A stretch of 32,795 nt of DNA from Bacteroidales bacterium. Its GTDB lineage: Bacteria > Bacteroidota > Bacteroidia > Bacteroidales > JAADGE01. The stretch spans positions 1-32,795 of the forward strand of contig JAOZMN010000001.1 in NCBI GenBank assembly GCA_029934265.1, given 5' to 3'. The position numbers and the translations under genes were made by a program. The notes beneath the pieces are model-generated. The model was not told the DNA's origin. It saw nothing but the letters and a program-made list of their open reading frames with translations, and searched no databases. Shown here in pieces: positions 25,565 to 32,745 of this stretch; position 1 is the first letter of the stretch; the number at the start of each line of letters is the position of its first letter.

Positions 25565-26227
25565 ATGGAAGAAAATAACAATAATAATTTCGACTACAAA
25601 AACATATCAAAAAAATTGCCGGCACTCGGTATAATAACTGTTGTTTTTTTTGTATTATCATTGATATTTATGAAACAACTCGACCTTAAATATCAAAAAA
25701 CGGTAGAAGAAACATTAGAAATAATATTAGAACGAAATGATATTATACGCCCGGAAAAATTTATGGAAATATATTATAACGACAACAAATTATATCAATT
25801 TATCGACTTACGTTCAGCCGCCGACTACGTAAACGGACACTTACCCGGAGCAATAAATATTCCCATAAGTAAAGTTTTAGATGAAGAATACCAAGAAATT
25901 CTTAATCAAGATAAAAAAATAAATATTTTATATTATTCCGACCAATGCGGTTCGTGTGCCCCATGGATGATTTTGATGCAAATCGGATATAAAAACAATA
26001 AAATTCTTCAAGGAGGTTATGATTATGTCAAGAAAAATATAATTGACAACTTTTCACCAATGAGTGGCAGTTATTCCGGTGAAAAAGCAAAATATGATTA
26101 CGCAAAAATAATGAAAGAAAAAGGAGGAAACAAAACAAGCACTTCCGAAAGTGATACTCCTGCCAAAACAACGGCACCCGTTAAGACAAACAAAAAGAAA
26201 GAAGTAGAAGAAGAGGGAGGTTGCTAA
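25565..26227 (+). CDS. Membrane-anchored rhodanese-domain protein, paralogue 2, with C-terminal ...EEEGGC tail
   Basis: I chose the ATG at 25565, because the TTG-initiated extension from 25457 is repeat/low-complexity DNA. TM anchor LPALGIITVVFFVLSLIF. FIDLRSAADYVNGHLPGAINIP ... INILYYSDQCGSCAPWMILMQIGY..ILQGGYDY. Low-complexity tail ending EEEGGC-stop. Confidence 0.7.
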   Translation: MEENNNNNFDYKNISKKLPALGIITVVFFVLSLIFMKQLDLKYQKTVEETLEIILERNDIIRPEKFMEIYYNDNKLYQFIDLRSAADYVNGHLPGAINIPISKVLDEEYQEILNQDKKINILYYSDQCGSCAPWMILMQIGYKNNKILQGGYDYVKKNIIDNFSPMSGSYSGEKAKYDYAKIMKEKGGNKTSTSESDTPAKTTAPVKTNKKKEVEEEGGC

Positions 26228-26241
26228 ATTATTGAATATTT

Positions 26242-26372
26242 GAGTTCGGTATAAAAAGACCCTTAGGGTTTGATTTAATAAAATTTAACGAATCTAAATA
26301 ATTGACTTACAGTCTTTTAATTAAAACCCTAAGGGTCTGATTGTGAAAAAATATACTTTTTAGACTGAACTC
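26242..26372 (-). mobile_element. Family A MITE-like element, copy 7 (inverted orientation)
   Basis: Exactly 131 bp. Flanking 6-mers ATATTT / ATTTTT match 5/6. Confidence 0.85.
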
Positions 26373-26379
26373 ATTTTTT

Positions 26380-26425
26380 TGATTGTGGATTTATGATTCT
26401 ACTTACTGTTGATTAAATTATAAAA
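26380..26425 (+). repeat. Family C repeat, copy C3 (diverged)
   Basis: TGATTGTGGATTTATGATTCTACTTACTGTTGATTAAATTATAAAA aligns with C1/C2. Confidence 0.5.
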
Positions 26426-26430
26426 TCTCG

Positions 26431-26478
26431 AAAAAATGCCGACAGAGTCTTTGCGACCTTCCGGCATTTTTTTTTTTA
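26431..26478. terminator. Rho-independent-type terminator (A-tract, hairpin, T-tract)
   Basis: AAAAAATGCCG-(20 nt loop)-CGGCATTTTTTTTTTT. The 6-bp stem ATGCCG/CGGCAT is flanked by an A-run and an 11-nt T-run. Confidence 0.5.
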
Positions 26479-26547
26479 AATTTTTTTTTCCGTTAATTCG
26501 ATAACTTTTTCTAAATTTGAATTTTATTTAACAACTAAGCTCAATAA

Positions 26548-27324
26548 GTGTCAAGTTTAAAATTCATTAAAGAAGAAAAAAACGAAAACCTTAATGCCCC
26601 TCAAGCAAGTATTCAGCATCGGGATATTATATTAAGAAAAAGTTTTCTGAAAAAATTATATCGAGAATGGTACAATTCCTTCCTTGCCGAAATAAAAAAT
26701 CTGCCGGAAGGCAAAATTGTGGAAATAGGTTCCGGAGGCGGATTTATTAAAGATATGAATCCCAAAATAATCACTTCCGACATTATCAAACTGCCGGGTT
26801 GCGACATGATTTTTTCCGCACACAAAATGCCCTTTGAAAATAAAAGCCTCTCGGCAATATTCATGCTCGATGTATTGCATCATATTCCTAACGTAAACAG
26901 TTTTTTTGCCGAAGCGATGCGTTGCCTGAAACCGGGTGGAGAATTATTTATGCTCGAACCGGCAAATACAAAATTCAGCCGATTTATCTATAAAAATTTT
27001 CATCATGAACCGTTTCTTCCTGAAGCAAAAAATTGGAACTTTCCCTCTTCCGGACCGCTATCCGATGCAAACGGTGCAATTCCTTGGATAGTTTTTGAAC
27101 GAGATAAAGAAAAATTCTTAGAAAAATATCCCGATTTTCAAATAAAAAGCATAAACAAGCACACACCTTTCCGATACCTAATAACCGGAGGTTTATCTTA
27201 TAAATCGTTAGTACCGGGATTTTGCTTTTCTTTTGTAAGTTTTCTTGAACTTTTATTGAAGCCTGTCTATAAATATATTGCAATGTTTCAAACAATAAGA
27301 ATAGTAAAGAGGGGTTTGGTTTAA
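26548..27324 (+). CDS. Class I SAM-dependent methyltransferase (substrate unknown)
   Basis: 258 aa. Motif I VEIGSGGGF, LKPGGELFMLEP. GTG start. Confidence 0.65.
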   Translation: MSSLKFIKEEKNENLNAPQASIQHRDIILRKSFLKKLYREWYNSFLAEIKNLPEGKIVEIGSGGGFIKDMNPKIITSDIIKLPGCDMIFSAHKMPFENKSLSAIFMLDVLHHIPNVNSFFAEAMRCLKPGGELFMLEPANTKFSRFIYKNFHHEPFLPEAKNWNFPSSGPLSDANGAIPWIVFERDKEKFLEKYPDFQIKSINKHTPFRYLITGGLSYKSLVPGFCFSFVSFLELLLKPVYKYIAMFQTIRIVKRGLV

Positions 27325-27370
27325 TTATTGTTACTCTTAAATCCAAGCAAAATACTAAATTCAAAATAGA

Positions 27371-29506
27371 ATGCTGAAAAAAATCATAATATTTATCACA
27401 GGGATATTATTGTCAATGCAAATATTTGCACAAACCGACAATAAAATCGACAGCTTAAAATCTTTAATTCAAATACCGGACAATATGTCAAATATTGCTC
27501 GATACAATGAATTGGCATGGGCATTAAGAAGTTTAGACCCCGCCGAATCACTTACTTACAGCAAAAAAGCAATAAAACTATCTAAAAGATATAAAGATTA
27601 TGTCGGACTTTCACGCTCTTATTCTTATGCCGGAGTGGCAAAACGAAATGAAGGCTATTTTGTTGATGCTTTGGGATATTACAAACTCGGACTGGAAACT
27701 GCATTAAAACACAAACTTGGCGAACAAGCAGGATATGCTCATATAAATTTCGGAAACTGGTACGTCTATACCGAAGATTTTGAAAAAGCATTTAATCATT
27801 TGAATATCGCTTTAAATATTGCAAGAAAAATAAAAAACGAAAAAATGATTGCCTATTGCGTACTCAATTTAGGACGGGCACAATTAATGATTAAAAATCC
27901 GGCAAAAGCATTACCGTTTTTTAAGCAAGCATTAAAAATAAGAACAAAGTTAAACGATATTGAAGGGAAAGCATCATGCTACAAAAATATAGGAGATGCT
28001 TATATACTTAAAAGCAAATTTAAAACTGCCAAACAATATTTAGACAGCTCTTTAATGGTTGTAAATAAAGATTTAGATAAAGATTTATTAAGTGAAATTT
28101 ACAACAAACTTGCAGTTGTTCACAGTTCTTTCGGAAAATACAATAAAGCTGTTGCTTATGCCGATTCTTCACTTATAGCGGCAAAAATAACCGGAAATAT
28201 TTCAATTATAAGTTTAGCATATCAAACTTTTTCCGAAATTTACAAGAAAAAAAGAAATTACGGAAAATCATTTGAATATTTAGACCTTGTAAGAAAATAC
28301 GAAAAACAGCTTTACGAGGAAAGTATGAAAGGTAAAGTTTCTAACGTAAAATATGAAGCAGAAAAAAAACGTACTAAAATTGAATTTGAAAAAAAGAAAC
28401 TGCAAATAAAAAATCAAAAACTTGAAAATCGAAAAAAAAATACTTTTTTAATCGGAATGGTTATAATAATTATGTTGATACTTATTATTATGACAGTTCT
28501 TACCAAGTTAAATATCGACAAGAAAAAAGCAAACAGAAAATTAGAATTTCAACAAGTTGAAATTCAAGAAAAAAACATAGAACTTATTGCTCAAAATGAA
28601 GAAATTAACGCCCAAAAAGAAGAAATTCAAACACAAAAAGAACTCGTTGAAGACCAAAGAGATTTAATTTCCGGCAAGAAAGATAAAATCGAAGCACAAA
28701 AACTTTTGGTAGAACAACAAAGAGATAAGATTACAATTCAACAGGAATTAATGAAAGACAGCATTCGTTATGCTCGCAGAATCCAGCGTGCAATGCTTAC
28801 CCCTAAACAATATACAGATAAATTATTACCCCAAAATTTCATTCTTTATTTACCAAGAGACATCGTAAGCGGCGATTTTTATTGGTACAAACAAATTGAC
28901 AATAAAATAATAGCCATAGCCGGCGATTGTACCGGACACGGAGTTCCCGGAGCATTTGTCAGTATGCTTTTAATGTCATTTTTGAACGATATTATAAATA
29001 AACAAAAAATAATCAAACCCGACCAAGTACTTGAAGAACTTCGTGCGAACATAAAAAAATCATTACGACAAAGTCTCGAAGCAAATGACAGTCAGGACGA
29101 TGGAGCTGATATGGCATTATGTATTATCGACAAAGATACTCTCGAAATGGAATTTGCGGGAGCAAATAATCCTGTTTTTATTATTCGCAACAGCGAACTT
29201 ATAATTCATAAAGGAACAATAAACCCGGTAGGAATATATTTTAGAGAAATCCCGTTTAAAAGTGTACAAATTCAACTTGAAAAAGACGACATTATATATA
29301 TGTTTTCCGACGGATATACCGACCAATTCGGAGGTAAAGACAACAGAAGATTTATGACAGCTCGTTTCAAAAAACTTTTATTGGAAATACATAAATTACC
29401 AATGAAAGAACAAAAAGACATACTCGAAAAAGCCTTAATGGAATGGCAAGGAAATTTTAAAAGAGTCGATGATATTTTGATAACAGGAATTAAAATTGAT
29501 TTTTAA
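27371..29506 (+). CDS. TPR-repeat sensor / coiled-coil / PP2C-type (SpoIIE) protein phosphatase
   Basis: 711 aa. Signal peptide ...SMQIFA/QT, multiple TPR-like repeats, a TM helix FLIGMVIIIMLILIIMTVL, a Q/E/K-rich coiled coil, and a SpoIIE-type domain (SGDFYWY, AGDCTGHGVPGAFVSM, DGADMAL, FSDGYTDQ). Confidence 0.8.
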   Translation: MLKKIIIFITGILLSMQIFAQTDNKIDSLKSLIQIPDNMSNIARYNELAWALRSLDPAESLTYSKKAIKLSKRYKDYVGLSRSYSYAGVAKRNEGYFVDALGYYKLGLETALKHKLGEQAGYAHINFGNWYVYTEDFEKAFNHLNIALNIARKIKNEKMIAYCVLNLGRAQLMIKNPAKALPFFKQALKIRTKLNDIEGKASCYKNIGDAYILKSKFKTAKQYLDSSLMVVNKDLDKDLLSEIYNKLAVVHSSFGKYNKAVAYADSSLIAAKITGNISIISLAYQTFSEIYKKKRNYGKSFEYLDLVRKYEKQLYEESMKGKVSNVKYEAEKKRTKIEFEKKKLQIKNQKLENRKKNTFLIGMVIIIMLILIIMTVLTKLNIDKKKANRKLEFQQVEIQEKNIELIAQNEEINAQKEEIQTQKELVEDQRDLISGKKDKIEAQKLLVEQQRDKITIQQELMKDSIRYARRIQRAMLTPKQYTDKLLPQNFILYLPRDIVSGDFYWYKQIDNKIIAIAGDCTGHGVPGAFVSMLLMSFLNDIINKQKIIKPDQVLEELRANIKKSLRQSLEANDSQDDGADMALCIIDKDTLEMEFAGANNPVFIIRNSELIIHKGTINPVGIYFREIPFKSVQIQLEKDDIIYMFSDGYTDQFGGKDNRRFMTARFKKLLLEIHKLPMKEQKDILEKALMEWQGNFKRVDDILITGIKIDF

Positions 29507-29515
29507 AATAATATT

Positions 29516-29905
29516 ATGGAAAATTTAATAGACACCTTAAAAGCCGAACACCAAGTAATAGTAAAAACTCTACAAGAAGTAAATTTGTTAGGAATAGGAC
29601 ATAAAGCCGGACAAGAAAAATTATTGCAAGCAAAAGAATATTTATTGGCACACCTGAAAAAAGAAGACAAATTTCTATACCCTGTTTTAGAAAAAAAAGC
29701 TGAAAAATCAGAAGAAATTAAAGAACTTTTAATACGTTTTGAAGACGAAATGTTGAAAATTTCACAAGACGCTCTTGATTTCTTTAAAAAATACAAAACC
29801 GGATGTGAAGGATTTGGATTTGCAAAAGATTACGGAAAACTGATTTTTTCATTGCAAAACAGAATAAGAAAAGAAGAAATATATCTTTATTCGGAATACG
29901 ATTAA
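29516..29905 (+). CDS. Hemerythrin-like (HHE cation-binding) small protein, tentative
   Basis: 129 aa, predicted helical. LKAEHQVI and LLAHLKKEDKFLYPVL resemble H...E motifs of hemerythrin-like domains. It starts 10 nt after the SpoIIE-phosphatase stop. Confidence 0.35.
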   Translation: MENLIDTLKAEHQVIVKTLQEVNLLGIGHKAGQEKLLQAKEYLLAHLKKEDKFLYPVLEKKAEKSEEIKELLIRFEDEMLKISQDALDFFKKYKTGCEGFGFAKDYGKLIFSLQNRIRKEEIYLYSEYD

Positions 29906-29971
29906 CATTTTTTATCATTTTTTAAATGAAAATTTACAATCTTTTAAATTTAACTTCGTTTCCTGAATATT

Positions 29972-31387
29972 GTGAACAAGAAACGTAAAAGATTAATATA
30001 CATAATATCCGATGCCCTCACGGCAACAACTGCTTGGGTACTGTTTTATATTTTCAGAAAAATATATATAGAATCCGGTGGCTACGGCTATAAAGTCCCA
30101 CTGATTTTCAATGAAAGTCTTAATATTGCTATATTTGCAATTCCCCTATTTTGGCTTAGCATATATTTTATTTCCGGATATTACCGAAATGTATATCGAA
30201 AATCCAGACTCAAAGAACTTTGGCTTACATTTTCCTCTTCACTCACCGGCTTGGTTATATTGTTTTTTGCATTAATTATCGACGATGTCGTTTTTTCGTA
30301 CAAACATTATTACGCATCGGCTTCTTTTCTTTTTATTTCACATTTTACACTTACATATATTTTTCGCTTGTGTATTACAACAAATAACATAAAAAAAATT
30401 CGCACAGGAAAAATAAGTTTTAATACCTTGATGATAGGCAGTAACGGCAAGGCTTTTAAATTATATAAAGATTTGATGTTCGGAAAAGATTATCAGGGGA
30501 ATAAATTTGTCGGTTTTATTAATATGAATAATAATCCCGAAGATATTTTATCCGAATACATTCCTCATTTGGGAAATTTCGATAACCTAAGAAGTATCGT
30601 TGAAGACAAAAAAATTGAAGAAGTTATTCTTGCAATAGAAAGTTCAAAACATGAAGATATTGAACAAATACTTTTCAAACTACAGGGTACAGATGTATTA
30701 ATCAAAGTATTACCAAGCTTGATAGACTTACTTACCGGACAAATAAGAATTTCAGGATTTATCGGACAGCCTTTAATGATAATATCTCACAGAATAATGC
30801 CCCCTATACAAGCCGTACTGAAAAAAATCATAGATATTTTACTTTCGGCAATCGCAATTATTTTGCTGTCTCCTTTTTTACCGATAATTTCAATTTTGAT
30901 AAAGCAAAGTTCAAAAGGCAGTATTTTTTTCAAACAAGAACGTATAGGAAAAAACGGCAAACCATTTATGATATACAAATTCAGGTCGATGATAATCGAA
31001 GCAGAAAGCGGTACACCCCAACTTTCATCGGAAGACGACAGCAGAATAACAAGTTTTGGAAAATTTATGCGAAAAACTCGAATTGATGAAATTCCTCAAT
31101 TTTTCAATGTTCTAAAAGGCGATATGTCGTTGGTAGGACCTCGCCCCGAACGACAATATTACATTGATAAAATTGTTCAAACTGCCCCTTATTATCTTCG
31201 CTTACTCAGAGTAAAACCCGGCATAACATCTTGGGGACAAGTAAAATACGGATATGCCGAAAATATAGAACAAATGTTGGAAAGATTAGATTACGATATT
31301 CTATATATCGAAAATATGTCTTTGTATTACGATTTTAAAATCGCAATTTATACTATAAAAACAATACTTAAAGGTTCAGGAAAATAA
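29972..31387 (+). CDS. Polyprenyl-phosphate glycosyl-1-phosphate transferase (WbaP/bacterial sugar transferase family)
   Basis: 471 aa. N-terminal TM helices. The C-terminal catalytic domain has KFRSM, DSRITSFGKFMRKTRIDEIPQFFNVLKGDMSLVGPRPE, KPGITSWGQV. GTG start. Confidence 0.85.
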   Translation: MNKKRKRLIYIISDALTATTAWVLFYIFRKIYIESGGYGYKVPLIFNESLNIAIFAIPLFWLSIYFISGYYRNVYRKSRLKELWLTFSSSLTGLVILFFALIIDDVVFSYKHYYASASFLFISHFTLTYIFRLCITTNNIKKIRTGKISFNTLMIGSNGKAFKLYKDLMFGKDYQGNKFVGFINMNNNPEDILSEYIPHLGNFDNLRSIVEDKKIEEVILAIESSKHEDIEQILFKLQGTDVLIKVLPSLIDLLTGQIRISGFIGQPLMIISHRIMPPIQAVLKKIIDILLSAIAIILLSPFLPIISILIKQSSKGSIFFKQERIGKNGKPFMIYKFRSMIIEAESGTPQLSSEDDSRITSFGKFMRKTRIDEIPQFFNVLKGDMSLVGPRPERQYYIDKIVQTAPYYLRLLRVKPGITSWGQVKYGYAENIEQMLERLDYDILYIENMSLYYDFKIAIYTIKTILKGSGK

Positions 31388-31388
31388 T

Positions 31389-31524
31389 AAGTTAAGTCTA
31401 AAAAGTAGATTTTCTCGAAATCAGACCCTTAGGGTTTTAAGTAACAATCTGCAAATCAAATATTTAGACTTGTTAAATTTTGTTAAATCAAACCCTAATG
31501 GTCTATTAAACTTAAATCGAACTC
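31389..31524 (+). mobile_element. Family A MITE-like element, copy 8 (degenerate, 136 bp; right end forms the 3' end of fcl)
   Basis: AAGTTAAGTCTAAAAAGTAGATTTTCTCGAAATCAGACCCTTAGGG...AAACCCTAATGGTCT...CGAACTC. There are point changes and a 5-nt indel relative to other copies, and no matching flanking 6-mers. Confidence 0.75.
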
Positions 31525-32630
31525 GCCTCTGTATAATTTCCGTAAACTTTGCTTAAACCGTCCTTTAACTCTGTTTTGTATTTCCAGCCGTACCGCTCCA
31601 ATTTACCGACATCTAACAATTTACGTAAAGTTCCGTCCGGCTTTGAACTGTCCCATACTATTTCACCGTCATAATTTACAATTTCGGTTTTAATCAATTC
31701 GGCAAGTTCTTTTATCGAAATATCTTTACCTGTACCTATATTTATATGAGTATTACGAATTTGCGTATCGGTTATCGGAAATTTAGGCTCTGTAATATTA
31801 TAATCCGATTTTAAAATATCACCGAAATCGAGTTTTTCCGTCAGATAAACGCAAGCATCGGCAAGGTCGTCGGAGTGTAGAAATTCTCTCTTCGGTTTTC
31901 CGGTTCCCCATAAGGTAATTCTATCTTCAAAGATACCGTATTTATTAAGAATTTTTATTATTTCCGACCTTTCGAAATTACCGGTAATTCCTTGTATAGG
32001 ATTTTTATTCAAATCTTTTCTTACAGCCTCAAAATCATTTGAAATAAGGCATTTACCAATGTGCATCTTTCTGATTAAAGCCGGCAAAACGTGCGATTTT
32101 TCAAGGTCGAAATTATCATTTTTACCGTACAAATTTGTCGGCATTACCGATAAAAAATTTGTACCGTACTGAATATTAAAACTTTCAATAGTTCTTATTC
32201 CCGCAATTTTCGCAATAGCATAAGGTTCGTTAGTATATTCCAAAACATCGGTAAGCAAATGATGTTCCTGCATAGGTTGCGGACAATTTTTGGAATAAAT
32301 ACAAGAACTTCCCAAAAAAAGCAATTTCTTAACTTTATTTTTATGACATTGTCCGATTATATTATTCTGAATTTGTAAATTATCAATAATAAATTCGGCT
32401 CTGTAATTATTATTTGCAATAATTCCTCCCACTTTTGCCGCAGCAAGAAAAACATACTCAGGTTTATTTTTCTTAAAGAAATCCTCAACCTGTTTACTGT
32501 CTCTCAAATCACATTCCGAAAAAGACGCATAAATAATATTTTCGTAACCTTTGGATTGTAAATTTCGCATGATGGCACTTCCAACCAAACCGGTATGCCC
32601 CGCAATGTATATTTTTGAATTTTTATTCAT
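31512..32630 (-). CDS. fcl: GDP-L-fucose synthase (GDP-4-keto-6-deoxy-D-mannose 3,5-epimerase/4-reductase)
   Basis: 372 aa. IYIAGHTGLVGSA, LAAAKVGGI, YAIAKI (YxxxK), PTNLYG, which is the short-chain dehydrogenase Fcl pattern. The last codons (..ASSI-stop) lie in MITE copy 8. Confidence 0.85.
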   Translation of the reverse strand: MNKNSKIYIAGHTGLVGSAIMRNLQSKGYENIIYASFSECDLRDSKQVEDFFKKNKPEYVFLAAAKVGGIIANNNYRAEFIIDNLQIQNNIIGQCHKNKVKKLLFLGSSCIYSKNCPQPMQEHHLLTDVLEYTNEPYAIAKIAGIRTIESFNIQYGTNFLSVMPTNLYGKNDNFDLEKSHVLPALIRKMHIGKCLISNDFEAVRKDLNKNPIQGITGNFERSEIIKILNKYGIFEDRITLWGTGKPKREFLHSDDLADACVYLTEKLDFGDILKSDYNITEPKFPITDTQIRNTHINIGTGKDISIKELAELIKTEIVNYDGEIVWDSSKPDGTLRKLLDVGKLERYGWKYKTELKDGLSKVYGNYTEASSI

Positions 32631-32745
32631 AAATTAAAGTTTTTATAAAAGAACCGATAAGTTCTCCAAAAAAAGCAAATTTAAAAATAATAAATGATTT
32701 TAAAATATTTTTATTTATCAGACCCTTCATAAAAAAATAAATAAA

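Noticed and set aside
31512-32630. Fcl is about 50 aa longer than the E. coli enzyme (an insertion around HIGKCLISNDFEAVRKDL...). Could this be a novel domain?
   Set aside because: From memory, Bacteroidota Fcl proteins commonly carry a similar internal insertion. I have no basis to call it unusual without an alignment.
32717-32727. ATCAGACCCTT fragment upstream of copy 9, as a remnant of a tenth family A copy.
   Set aside because: Only about 11 nt match and no other part of the element is recognisable around it. It could be chance or extreme decay.
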